Shown: positions 1 to 18,495 of the stretch, in pieces | Numbering within the stretch: the first letter of the stretch is position 1 | Layout: each line of letters opens with the position of its first letter | Source of the DNA: Salpingoeca rosetta | Lineage: Eukaryota > Protista > Choanoflagellata | Direction of reading: 5' to 3' | DNA length: 23,598 nucleotides | NCBI GenBank assembly: GCA_033442325.1 | Contig: JAWQFM010000027.1 | Coordinates: forward strand, 643,154 to 666,751 | Program-made: the position numbers and the translations under genes | The notes under the pieces: model-generated | The model's database searches: none | What the model saw: the letters and a program-made list of their open reading frames with translations, nothing else | Told to the model about the DNA's origin: nothing

Positions 1-2107
<2,107 letters not shown>

Positions 2108-2360
2108 CGTCATGATCCCACGATCACTTTGTCTCATGCTCGCAGCAGTTTATTCGTTTCGTGTTCAACACAACAGTCAATCACAGAAGAACGCACGTCC
2201 ACAGCAAGTAACAACACGTGACGGCCGTGGAACGAACTGAAGAACTGCAATTCAAGCTCACAGAGAGGTAAACTGAAACACAAGATGGTGCCACAACAAA
2301 AAAAAAAAAATGAACGGTCCCACTTGCCCCATCGAACAAACCCTTTGAACTTGGGCAACG

Positions 2361-2499
<139 letters not shown>

Positions 2500-2617
2500 G
2501 CAGTGGTGTGGGGCTAACAGCACCTTCAACGAGTGGCCCAGCCCCTCACTCATTCAAAAAAGCAATTGCCATCACACATGGGCATCAACAGCAGCAACCA
2601 ACGATGGCAGCACTCCA

Positions 2618-7017
<4,400 letters not shown>

Positions 7018-7107
7018 GTAGACAGCCCTTCGTCTCCTTCACGCACACCGCAGAGGAAGAGGCGAGTGAGTGAGAGTGGGTGTTTGGGCTGTGGCTGTTG
7101 GGTGGGT

Positions 7108-8624
7108 TGGCCTGTCAGCTCTTCTGTTAGTCTGTTAGTCTGTTGGCTGCAGTGCTAGCAGTGCTTCTGCTTGTTGACTTTAGAAGAAAAAAGCAGGAGA
7201 GGCAGAAGAGGCAGGAGAGGGACGGGTTCCTGGGTTCCCTCTTCCTCGGCTCTGCTCTGCTGTTTAGGACTTCTTGGCTGTTGCAGAGAGACGTTTGCAG
7301 ACGTTGCGGACAGTGGATGTCTCTGTGTTCTTGTGTGTTGTGTGTTGGTGAGACTGCTGCTGGGACGCAAGGGAGGAAGGGAAGAAGGGAAGAAGCGGCT
7401 CTGCTGCTTGTTTTCTTGTGTGCGTTTTGCTGTTGCTTGGCTTGATGTTTTCCTTCCTCCAACTTGGCTTGCGAGAGAGTGAACAATTTTTGATATGCAG
7501 ATTTTCCACCGAACTTACAACAAGAGCGCGACTCAGTAGTTGAGGGGTACAATTTCCGCCTGCCAATTTCTCCCAAGCGCTTAACCAAGAGCGCTTCAGT
7601 GCGCGGGAGGCCCGGGTTCAAATCCCGGCTGAGTCACTGTTCTATTCTTTTTTTTTTGTTTTTTTTTGCTGCTTCTTCTCTGCTTGTGCACGCACACTGC
7701 TCCAAGTGTGCTGTTTGCGTTTTTTTGGCCTCTCACTCTCAAACACTCGGCACAACGGAAGAAAGTGCGTGCGTGCCATCACAATGCACATATGCGGGCA
7801 GGATCACAACAACACACCACCACCACGCAGCAAGACACAAGTAAACCCTTGGCGGGTGATGCGACTTCAAGACTTCATGCGATACAGCTGTCTCGTCACA
7901 TGAACATAAGAAGTGAGTTGCTTGTGAGGAGTTGCCTCGGGTGTGCTTGCTTGCAGGCAAGAAGTACAGACTCACCCTCCCTTTTTTTTTTTCCTCCACG
8001 TGCGTTCTTGTGCCGCCCTGTTTGGATGCTTGGCTGGGTTGAGTGCGTGCGTGCGTGCATGCAGGCAAGAGGGGTTCTTCCTTGCTCCACTTGTGTGCGC
8101 ATTTATTCGCTGTGTGCGTGTGTGTGCGTGTGTGTGTGTGTGTGTGCGTGTGTGGTTGTTGTTGTCATGTGGACAAAGACACACAACCCCGTGCTTGTTC
8201 TTGTTCTCCCTTTTCCTCCATGTATCCCACCACACCGTTATACTTCACGTCTCCAACACATGCCCTGGTCCACACCGACAGCCAACGCATGCACACCTCT
8301 CACGGACAGCATTCTCTGAACTCTCAACTCTCAACTCGACGGGCGCAGGTGTGTGGGATGGAGTGTCGGCGAGCTGACCACCAGCCATCGGAGGTGCGCG
8401 CGACGGATCGAAACAAACCACCATCAAACATGAGGTGTGTGGCCCAGCGCCGGGTCCCCCGTTGCCATTGGCTCATGCAAGCGGAGAAAGATGAGGCGGG
8501 GACGTTTAACTGGCATTGGCAGTGCGGTGTGTGTGAGTGAGTGAGTGAGTGAGTGAGTGAGTGAGTGAGTGAGTGAGTGAGAGTGTGTGTGTGTGAGTGA
8601 GTGAGTGAGTGAGTGAGTGAGTGA

Positions 8625-8665
<41 letters not shown>

Positions 8666-9171
8666 CGTGTGTGTGTGTGTGAGGGGAGGGGTGGTTGAGT
8701 TGACAAAGGGTATATGCACTGGAGGCCGCACAAGTGTCCTTGTGAGTGTTATGGAGGTGCTACAGCGAAATGACTGCACTCAAAGAGAGACTGTGCAGCC
8801 TGTGACGGCAGCAGCAATGCCAACACCACCATCAGCAGCGACAATGCTGCTGCGGCAATTAACCCTCATCTCATTCTCTCCCGCTCTGCTGCTTGCTCAC
8901 TTTGCGATGCACTGCCATGCAGCCCAAGGGACGGCGCGCTGTGACGACAGCCACGGCTTGATGGTGCGACGGGCCGCCTACTGAAACTCATGGCATACCT
9001 CGGCTGCTGCTGCAAACGTGACGCTGGTGTTGTCGTTGCCGCTGTTGGCGCTGCTGCCAAGTCAGTGATTGAATGTGTTGTGTGTGCGTGTGTTAGTGGG
9101 TGTGGTGAGTATTGCTGTATTACATACACCTCTCAGCCTGCTCAGACAACCCACTGTCCCATCTCCACGTC

Positions 9172-9175
<4 letters not shown>
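7108..9175. repeat. Right arm of the long inverted repeat; may extend beyond 9175
   Basis: Reverse complement of 1-2107 with scattered substitutions, different microsatellite lengths and an insertion of about 14 nt near 8351-8364. Confidence 0.97.
7530..7636 (+). tRNA. tRNA-Gly(GCC) with 36-nt intron (7566-7601), copy 2
   Basis: Cloverleaf: acceptor GACTCAG/CTGAGTC plus discriminator A; D-stem GTTG/CAAT; anticodon stem TCCGC/GCGGG with loop CT-GCC-A^C; T-arm CCGGG-TTCAAAT-CCCGG. Spliced length is 71 nt. The intron sits at the canonical 37/38 position with a C32:G anticodon-intron pair (G7599). Oligo-T follows from about 7648. Confidence 0.9.

Positions 9176-9264
<89 letters not shown>
9174..9264. 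repeat. (CA)n microsatellite at the visible outer end of the right arm
   Basis: Seen directly. Confidence 0.97.
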
Positions 9265-9266
<2 letters not shown>

Positions 9267-10480
9267 CACTCACTCACTCACTCACTACCTGGTGTCGTTC
9301 ACTTTGTGGTTGCAGTTTTGCCGCGAGGTTTGAATGTGTCACTCAAAACGGGCACGTTTTCTGTTTGGGGATGCCGTGTCTTATTTCCCGGTGCCGCTTT
9401 CTTGGTGGCCAGTCAGTACCCTCAGTGCTTGCAGCCACCCCTTCCCTCCTCTTCATCGCAGAGACGACGTTGATCATGTGACGACGACGGCCACCACCGT
9501 GTCCACCACCACGATGGCCACAATGACCACTACCATGGCGTAGGGGCGCGAATGGCTGGACCACAGACGCGGCATGTGGTGGTGCTGGCGTCCATGTGTG
9601 GCGGCTGACGCGCAGGGCGTTACAGTAGCGACAGCGGTGATGATCTGTGCCACGTGTGCACGTGTGTGCACGTGTGCGTGTGTGTGTGTGCACGTGGGGT
9701 CTGTGGACCAAGTGTCTGGTAGGATTTGTGGGAGTTGCACCCGAAGATCGCGACAATGCAGCAGGTAGGTGTGTGCATGTGTGCATGTGTGCGTGTGTGT
9801 ACGTGCGTGCATACGTGTGTGCATGTGTGTCGTTCCTTTTGTGTGTGTGCATGTGTGTCGTTCCTTTTGTGTGTGTGTCGTTTCCTTGTGTGCGTGTGTG
9901 TGTTTGCCCAGTGTGTTTTGTGTGCGAGAAATTTTTGGTGCGTGCTTGTACCCAATCTCAACACCTGTCCCTCCGAATGCTCATGTTCTATGACCACTCA
10001 CGGGCCCTGTTGTTGGCATGTTTGTATTATTCACAGGCACACAGCAGTTGCAGAAGACGGCAGCACCACGCCCAAGCCAACGGTTCCACTAGCCACCAGC
10101 ACACGCCACCACGATGTACACCAACGGAAGCAGCAAAAGCAGCAAAGCGACGAAAGAAGCAGCAAAGCGACGAAAACTCTGCTGTGAACAATCACCTAAT
10201 ACCACATGCACGGCGCCACAGACCAGCCGAAGCAGCGTGGACAGAGGAACACAACCATCAACCCATCAGCCCATCAACCTATCAACCAGCACTAACATTG
10301 GTGCAAGGTGCGCTTGTAGCCACAACCACACCTCATCAGAGGCAACAACCACAACAGCAACCACGCGCACGCAAATGAACCCATTTGGAGGGACAACACA
10401 AACGCCACTGCCAGCAGGCAACAGGCAATAGGCAGGGAATGGCAGCCATGATCCCAGCACTTCTGCCCCTCCGCATCCCT

Positions 10481-10940
10481 TCACTCCTGCTCTTTCGTCC
10501 CCTGCTGCTGCTGCTGCTCCTCCTCCTCTTCATCATCATCGCTGTCGTCGCTGACGTCTTCGTCTTCCTCATCGGCCTCGTATCCACCATCAACGCTGTC
10601 TGTGCACCACGGGCCGTGCACTGCCTCTACATACGGCTGCTGCTGGTGTTGCGTTGTCATCATCATCGTCATCATGTCCAAGGGATGTTCCGTGGCTGGC
10701 TGCATGAGTCCTGGCACCACGTCCTCCAACAGCAGCAGCGCCGTGTCGTCATTGTGACCGCGCGTGTCCTCCTCCTGCTGGTGCTGGTGCCATGGCGACC
10801 ACATCTCGCGCATGCCGCTCAAGGCCTGGGCCATGACCGGGTGCATGGAGGCGAAGGACGGACGGGTCCGCGGGTGGTGCCTGTGACGATGGCGGCGGCG
10901 GTTGCGATGGTGGCGGAAGTCGTGGCCATCATACTGCTGC
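10481..10940 (-). CDS. Probable terminal exon of a hypothetical protein with an Arg/His-rich start and acidic C-terminus. The first exon may be MDSRCTAEQM at 11615, running into the gap.
   Basis: Open frame QQYDGHDFRHHRNRRRHRHRHHPR...EADEEDEDVSDDSDDDEEEEEQQQQQGTKEQE* after a TAG/CAG acceptor. It is free of dinucleotide microsatellite and its codons look coding. No family recognised. Confidence 0.5.
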
Positions 10941-11149
10941 TACTCAAGCACGATGGAGGCACACGGGTGACACAGCGAGAGGTGAGCATGCGTGGCAGTA
11001 GTGTGATTGATTGTGTTGAGTGGAATGGCTGGGTTGGCTTGCCGTCACCTCTCATTCGTGTTTGTGTGTCCTTCAGGCACCGTCATGCTCACATGTATGT
11101 ATGCGTGCGTGTTTGTGTTTGTTTGTTTGCGTGCCACAAGTGTGTATGT

Positions 11150-11583
11150 NNNNNNNNNNNNNNNNNNNNNNNNNNNNNNNNNNNNNNNNNNNNNNNNNNN
11201 NNNNNNNNNNNNNNNNNNNNNNNNNNNNNNNNNNNNNNNNNNNNNNNNNNNNNNNNNNNNNNNNNNNNNNNNNNNNNNNNNNNNNNNNNNNNNNNNNNNN
11301 NNNNNNNNNNNNNNNNNNNNNNNNNNNNNNNNNNNNNNNNNNNNNNNNNNNNNNNNNNNNNNNNNNNNNNNNNNNNNNNNNNNNNNNNNNNNNNNNNNNN
11401 NNNNNNNNNNNNNNNNNNNNNNNNNNNNNNNNNNNNNNNNNNNNNNNNNNNNNNNNNNNNNNNNNNNNNNNNNNNNNNNNNNNNNNNNNNNNNNNNNNNN
11501 NNNNNNNNNNNNNNNNNNNNNNNNNNNNNNNNNNNNNNNNNNNNNNNNNNNNNNNNNNNNNNNNNNNNNNNNNNNNNNNNNNN
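11150..11583. other. Assembly gap (434 N)
   Basis: Run of N. Confidence 1.
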
Positions 11584-12028
11584 TCCATCTGTTCTGCTGT
11601 GCATCTGCTGTCCATCCCTTCTCACCAATCACACATACACACACCGATGTCAACTTTGCTTTGCTTGTCTTTTTCTCTGTGTACTGTGAATCCAGACTGA
11701 CGTGCACGCACCAGAAGCAACTGAACCGAGCCCACCACCAACGCAGCAACCAGCACGCACAATGGCAAGCGGCAAGCAGCAACAACACCATGTGCGCGCA
11801 GAAACGTGTCCAAACACGGGCAGCCAACCAACCAACCAACCATCACCACCACCCTAACCAGCAGTGATGCGGTACCCAGTGCTCCCTCTTCCACCCGCAC
11901 ACATGTGCATACAAATACCCACCACACACACACACATACCACACAGCATCAGCATGCACCACCGCCATCATCACCCGGTTCCTTCCCCTCCCTCCACCTT
12001 GTCTGCATCATCCTTCCAGTCCACCCGA

Positions 12029-12766
12029 TCACATGTACAGCTCCCGCCACTGGAACTCGTCCATATCGTCGGTGTTGACGGCTGCGGTGCTGCTGTCCTG
12101 CGGTGGTGGCAGCGGTGTGACGGCGGGGGTCAACGTGTACCGCGACTGGCGACCGCTCATCACGTCCAGGGTGGCCTGCTGCGCATCTTGGATGTTCTTG
12201 AGGATGGAGATGAAGGCCGCGGTCTGGTCGCGCAGCCCTTGGTTGAGCGTGCCCTGCGTCCCGACCATCTCGACGTACACGCGCGGATCGCGGCAGTGGT
12301 ACAGCAGCAGCACGGCCGTGTGCTCGGGGGAGACCGTGAACACGTCCATGCTGGCCAGAATGCTCGCCGTGGTGTCGTTGATCCAGACGCCGCCTTGGAC
12401 GAAGTAGCTGTCGTGGACAGCGCGGAGCTGGGCTTGGGTTGGCGCGGTGCTGTGGGCGTGCCTGCTGGCCCACAAGGCGAGGGCCATGTACTGGTCGGCG
12501 TTGAAGGTGCAGCTGTGCAGCTCCCTGGCTATGCGCTCTGTGATGGACTTGAACGTGGCCAGGCCGCGTGCGTGCTGCTCGAACCAGGGACGGAAGTGTG
12601 TCTGGAGCAGCGCGTCGAAGTGACCCCAGCGACGGTGCTGGTCGATGTACAGCAGCCACAAGTTGATGAAATGGCGGGCGATGATGTTGCTGCTGTACCT
12701 CTCGTGCTCCGGCAGCGGCTGCAAGGACGGGCAGAACGCCATGTGGATGATGCCGGGGATCTCCAT
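12029..12766 (-). CDS. Hypothetical 245-aa protein with an uninterrupted coding region
   Basis: MEIPGIIHMAF...DEFQWRELYM*. Strong C/G third-position bias and complex, aromatic-rich sequence. A CAG immediately upstream of the ATG could be an acceptor for an upstream exon. Confidence 0.8.
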   Translation of the reverse strand: MEIPGIIHMAFCPSLQPLPEHERYSSNIIARHFINLWLLYIDQHRRWGHFDALLQTHFRPWFEQHARGLATFKSITERIARELHSCTFNADQYMALALWASRHAHSTAPTQAQLRAVHDSYFVQGGVWINDTTASILASMDVFTVSPEHTAVLLLYHCRDPRVYVEMVGTQGTLNQGLRDQTAAFISILKNIQDAQQATLDVMSGRQSRYTLTPAVTPLPPPQDSSTAAVNTDDMDEFQWRELYM

Positions 12767-13185
12767 GCTGGTGTGTGGGTCTCGTGTGTGTGTGTGTGTC
12801 TGTGTGTCTGTGTGTGTGTGTGTCTGTGTGCCTGTGTGTTTGTGGACAATTGTGGTGATTGGGTTGAGCATGAGGGGGGAAGGGAGTGGGGGGTGAATTT
12901 TTTCAATGGCCGATTTCGTTCATTTTCAGGCTGTTTTTGAACGCGCGGCATCAGCCGTTACTGTTGCGGTTGTCCTGGTTTTCTTTTATGTTGTTGTGTT
13001 CCTGCTGCGAGCGCGCTCCCTGTCGACTTGACGGCGAATGAGCAAACACTTGCCTGCAAGCAGACACCCAGCCACTTATCGCTCACGTGTGTGCGTGCGT
13101 GCATGCGTGTGTGTGTGATCTGGCTCTTGTTTTTGTGTCTGTTGCTGTTGTTGTTGTCCAACAGCGCGGCGCTGACATGTGTGCG

Positions 13186-13242
13186 AGCGGCTGCCCATCA
13201 AGACAGCGACTGCCCATCAAGATAGCGGCGGCCCATCAAGAC
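13186..13242. repeat. Three 19-bp tandem repeats, consensus AGCGGCTGCCCATCAAGAC
   Basis: Units 13186-13204, 13205-13223 and 13224-13242, followed by a partial CAAGAC. Confidence 0.9.
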
Positions 13243-13567
13243 CAAGACCATGCAACGAGGTATATTGGTGGTGTGTCTGGTGGTGGCAGTGCGTATGGTT
13301 GTGTTGTGCACCCTGCTTTCTTGTCGTTCCATGTATCTTCATGTTGTTTTGCATGGTGTCCTTGCCACTCCCCCCGTCTCACATCTGCGCATGTGTCACC
13401 CACCCTGTTCAACCCTGCTTGTGTATGTACCAGTCTCGTTGCGTGGTGGTGTGTCTTGTTTTACTGTCGCAGGTACCGACATGCATAGCAAGAACAAGAG
13501 CCACCACCAGCAGAACAGAGCATCACTGCCACGGCAGCAGCAGCTGCTGCGTTGAGGATGGATGGCG

Positions 13568-14607
13568 TCACTCGAAGGAGGCGATGTGGGGCTCGCCGTA
13601 GAAAAACATGAACTGGCCCAAGTAGTGCCGCGGGGACGCTGGTGATGGCGGTGTTGGCGGTGTTGGTGGCGATGGTGGTCGTGCTATGGGGAGTGGCTCG
13701 GGCATCATGAACTCGCCCAGGTGTGGCGATGGAGGGGGCGAAGGCAGAGCGCGGGGAGGTGGCACCAGGCGTGTTAGTGGTGGTGGTGGTGGTGGTGGTG
13801 GTGTGGCGACAGGGGCTGTCGTGATGGCCGTGCGCTGAGCATCGTTGGGGCGGTTGACTTGAGGAGAGCGAGGAGGAGAAGGGCGTGGTGTTGGTGGAGC
13901 GTGCACGCCATTGTCAGGCTGCTGCTGGTGGTGGTGGCGGTGGTGGCGCGGCTGGGTGTCGGTGTGGTCGCGGAGTGGTGGCGGCGGGGTGGTACTCTGG
14001 TTGCGCTGGGGGGATGGGTTGCGTTGGCGATTGATGACACGAGGGCGATGATGACGGCGACGGTGAGCGCGGATGCGATGCAGCACGCGGCGGAGAGCGC
14101 GACGAAGACGCCGGCGAAAGCGAAGGTGGTCGTGGTCGTGATCGTGGTTGTGGCTGCCATCCTCAGCACCAGCGCGCGTGTCCTGCACATTCGACATCAC
14201 AGGTACGCATGGCGTGGAGTGAAGGTTGAGGGGGTGAGAGGGATGAACAAACGCGTTCGTGTGAGAGTGAGTGTGAGCGTGCGTGTGTGTGTTTTGGGAG
14301 ATGTGGACTGTGGTGATGTCTTTGTCTTTGGGGTTGATAGGGCTCTGCGCACATGGCTGCGCACGCCTTGTCTTGCACCTACGAACGCAACCACACACAG
14401 ACACGCACACACACTTGCACAGACAGACAGACACACACACACACACTTGCACAGACAGACACACACACACACACGCACGCACACACACACACTCACGCAC
14501 ACACACACACTCTCTCTCTCTCTCTCGCACTGCAGGTCACTGCGCCATCCCTCACTGACCGCGGCCTGGTGCGTGCGCTGCACTTGGTCCTGACGGCTTT
14601 CGTCCAT
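13568..14607 (-). CDS. Hypothetical Arg/His- and Pro-rich protein of about 220 aa; exons 14607-14560 and 14182-13568
   Basis: Exon 1 MDESRQDQVQRTHQAA|GTCAGT; acceptor GTGCAG|GAC in phase 0. Exon 2 reads DTRAGAEDGSHNHDHDHDHLRFRRRLRRALRR...PPPPPPP...YLGQFMFFYGEPHIASFE*. An alternative unspliced start exists at 14197. Confidence 0.6.
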
Positions 14608-15905
14608 GGTTCCGGAAGGCGTTGCTTCGTTGTGGAATGAGATGATGTCTATTTGCTGACCAGAGACAAGACAGCAGGGCATGACGTGAGTGGCACAAAT
14701 TGTTTTTGGTTTGCTGTCGTGCGCGCTCATATGTGCACTTGTGCGCATACACCCGACCATGCCGCATCCTTGTTGCTGTTGTTGTAGTTGTTTGGTGTTT
14801 ACATGTTGCAGTTTGCATGCATAACCGTGGATACATCTTACCACATGGACACACACAGACACACACAGACACAGACACACACACACAGACAGACACACAG
14901 ACAGACACACAGACAGACACACACACAGACAGACACACACACAGACACACACACAGACCACAGACACACACATGCTCGTGGTCTCACTTGCTCACACGCG
15001 CTGTAAACTTTTTGGGGGAATATATTTATTCTGCAGGATGATTTGATGATCAATAATGACAGCTACGCCCCTCTCCTTTTGCAGGAAGGACTTGCCTGTC
15101 TTGCGGCGAGGTTCGATCTGTATTTCGATTGGAACTAGGTACACACACACCTCCCTGCCGGTTTGTGTATTTTGCTCACGTTCGCGGCGCGAGTGCTTGT
15201 GCATTCGTGGTACATCGAGTAAATAGCGTCCCACGCAGCTGGCATCATCCATCCACATCGTCAGGATTATCACCCGCCATCATAGCTCAGCCCACCGCAC
15301 ATCAATTTCTCTCAACCGTGCACAGGGACCCGGCTTTGCACACTTGTGCCTCCCTCGAAGACTGCGCGAGTGACAAGCGACTGATGCTGGTGGCAATCAT
15401 GTACGTCTGCAGCCTTTTGTGTTCGTGCATGCGTTCTTCTCTCTCTCTGCTGTCGAGAGAGCGTCTGTCTCTTCCTGTGCTCGTGTCATGCACGCTGCTC
15501 TCCTGGGAGCTGTGCTGCGAACGTTGATCGCTTGTCCTCTTGTGCTGCCTCTGTTTTGTGTCGTGATTTGGGACGCATGCCCTTCCACTTCACTTGTTGT
15601 TCTGCTCACGAAGAATGTCTTGCGGTTGATCACATGCGTGCTTTCCCCTGTGTGCCTGTGCGCGTCTGCGTGTGCGATCTGACAGGAAGTGACTGTTCGC
15701 CACACGCCAGTCAACGTCAGCAGGATCACCATCAACATCACCATCTTCATCACTGCTTTCGACATGGTTGCAGTCGAGAAGGCTGCGTACCAGCCACACT
15801 GGATGATGTTGGTAGTCACCTCGGCAGTCTTTTGTTTCATCGGGGTGAGTGCAACAAATGTGACTCACACACGCGTGCGTGTCTGTGTGTGTGTGTGTGA
15901 GCATG

Positions 15906-15956
<51 letters not shown>

Positions 15957-16244
15957 TTGAGCAGCTTGCGCTTTGCTCATGCAGTTTTACTCTCCCCCCT
16001 CCAACCAGCTACACACATGCACACACACATGCACACATCACCTCACGTTGTGCCACTCGCGTTTGTGCACACTGTGTACTTGTTGCAGTCTTGTTCATGA
16101 TAGCGATGGTAGTCACAGCAGGTTTCCACAGCAACGAACACACCGCATCATGACACACAGGCACAGTCATGCACGTACACACATAGATATGAGACGACCA
16201 ATGGAAGACAAGACAAGGCAGGGGGGCTGAACCAGCAGCAGTAG

Positions 16245-16368
<124 letters not shown>

Positions 16369-16674
16369 CTTCGACACAACTCACGACTCCCAGCCAATGA
16401 GCGGAAGGCACGTGGTGCGCACAAGCACCAGTGCATGGCCAACGACAGCTGTCGACAGACGCACGCACTTAAGCTGGCAGCCATGTGCACCTCCTTTCCA
16501 CTCCATGGCTCACTGGCACATACATCCAAGCAACCAACCACACCAACAAACAGGCACTCCAACCAACACAACCAACCAACCGGTCGACACAACTGTCCCG
16601 CCCACCGCTGCTTCAACCCTCCCCCCCCCCCAAAAAAAATCTCGTCGCATCAGCTGCCCCTGCGTGTGTCTGTC

Positions 16675-17629
16675 TCACTGCTGGCGGGTGATGGTGACGC
16701 CCTGCATGCGCTGAGCAACACCGTCAACCTCACGGTCCCGGTCACCGCCAGCACGAACAGCGGCACGATCAGCGACAACGGCGCTCTGCTCCTGGCGAAG
16801 CGGCGACGGGCGTGTTGGCCTTGGCGTGCTGCGGTGCATGTATCCTGGCGTGACGACGGCTGCGTTGCCAGCAGGCAAGAAGAAGTCGCCCCTGGTGAGG
16901 ACAGCAGCGCGACCGCCCTGGCGTATGAGGCCGTCGAGTTTGGCCCTGAGCGCTTCGGACGTGACGCTGCGTCGGGGGTGCACCTCCACCTGCAGGGTTG
17001 CACGAAGAACAGCGGTGGCACGCGATGTGGTGATTGCGCTGGTGCTGTTGCGGGCGGCGTTGCGGGTCGTCGTGGCAGCGGCGGCGGTGCGGCGGGTGGG
17101 GCGAGCTGTGCCGCTGTTGGCGTTGCCGTGGCGGCGGATATGGCGCAAGGCCACCGCGTCGCTGGTGATACCGCTGCTGCTGGTGCTGCTGGTGCTGGTT
17201 GGAGTGCTGCTGCCTTCGGGGGAGGGCATGGTATGCGCTTCAGCTGTCATCGTGGCGGTGGCTGCGTTCATGGGCTCGACCTGAGGTGTGTGAGTATGTG
17301 AGTGTGTGAGTATGTGTGTGAGTATGTGTGTGTGTGTGTGTGAGTGTGAGTATGTGAGTACGTGAGTGTGTGAGTATGTGTGTGAGTGTGTGAGCATGTG
17401 TGTGCGTGTGTGTGGATGGGTGAGTGTACGTCGCTGGTGTGAACCTGTGGCTCGTGCAAAGCGACAGCTGCTCACATGTCGGCTCATGCATACACGTTAT
17501 CGCACATGACTGTTCTTCATTCTCACGCACACGCACATGTGCACATGCACATGCACACGCAGGGCCATACAGCCAGCTGACCGTCAACTCGGGCATGGCG
17601 GGCCCTGGGCCGTCTTCGTTGGTGTCCAT
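16675..17629 (-). CDS. Hypothetical Ser/Thr/Arg-rich protein of about 217 aa; exons 17629-17582 and 17280-16675
   Basis: Exon 1 MDTNEDGPGPAMPELT|GTCAGC; a CA-rich intron ends CCTCAG|GTCGAG in phase 0. Exon 2 is open for 201 codons with GC3 bias (...LQVEVHPRRSVTSEALRAKLDGLIRQGG...). Confidence 0.65.
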
Positions 17630-18436
17630 TGCTGATGGGACAAGTGAATGGACAGACAATTGCTGCTGGAACACACAGAACACTGGCACTGTCTGTTCGC
17701 GAGTGCACACCAGGATGGAGGCAACAACGATGGTGAACGTGAGTGTTTCTGTCGACAGTGTCTTTGTCTCAACTCGCGGGGTTGCTGCACCGCATCAGCA
17801 TACATACACACTGACACAAACATCATTTCACACGCACACAGACACAGACACACGCACACACATTGTCTCTCTCTCTGCTTTCTTTCCCTTACCCCCTCTT
17901 TCTCCTTCACTCGCGTGAGACACAAATGCACGTGGTGAACGTTCATCACCTTTGTTTGCGCTTTGGTTACCGGTGTCTGCTGTGGTTTTTTTTTTTTGTT
18001 TTTGTTCGGATGCTGGCGGATTCAATGCAGGTTTGATGTTGCCAACACACGCATTCCCTCACACGTGCACGCACGCGCACACACATTTCCATCCACTCAA
18101 AAGACAGCAAGGCGCAACAGCCAAGACGCGCAGCAAACACTTTAAGGTTGACTGCTTGTGCGCTGTGTTGAGTTGCTTTGTGCACTTGACATCGCTGCCT
18201 GCGTGACCAGTGCTTGCACTGTCACCGCAAACACCAAGCCATCCTCATCTTGTGCAATCCCCGTTGTTTGCGAGTGCTTGAGTGCTTGTGAGGGGGGGGG
18301 TGCTCCGTGCTGCCATCATCTTGGTGTTGCTGTTGTGGTCGTTCGCACAGTTTGTCTTGCTGCCGACGTGCACATGGCACATGTTGCCTTTCTCATTCAA
18401 ACACACACACGCACACACACACACACACGCACGCAC

Positions 18437-18473
<37 letters not shown>

Positions 18474-18495
18474 CAGGTGCCAAGACGTCGCCACC

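Noticed and set aside
9280-10430. Possible exons right of the IR and a 28-bp tandem duplication near 9821-9876
   Set aside because: No consistent spliced frame or recognisable motif was found. The duplication looks like ordinary slippage in TG-rich DNA.
10385-11867. Long ORFs crossing the N run
   Set aside because: They are open only because N codons cannot be stops. The + strand 10385 ORF is the antisense shadow of the acidic minus-strand exon.
11864-12940. 358-aa + strand ORF (and 16435-17301 +, 13859-14593 +)
   Set aside because: Antisense shadows of GC3-rich minus-strand CDSs.
13186-13242. CRISPR-like array
   Set aside because: The units are head-to-tail without spacers, the context is eukaryotic, and there are no cas genes.
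14990-16200. Degenerate gene or transposon (acidic stretch ESSDEDGDVDGDPADVDW at about 15690-15770, minus strand)
   Set aside because: The sequence is complex, but all frames are interrupted and I could not build a phase-consistent model or recognise a family. A tBLASTx/RepeatMasker search would be needed.
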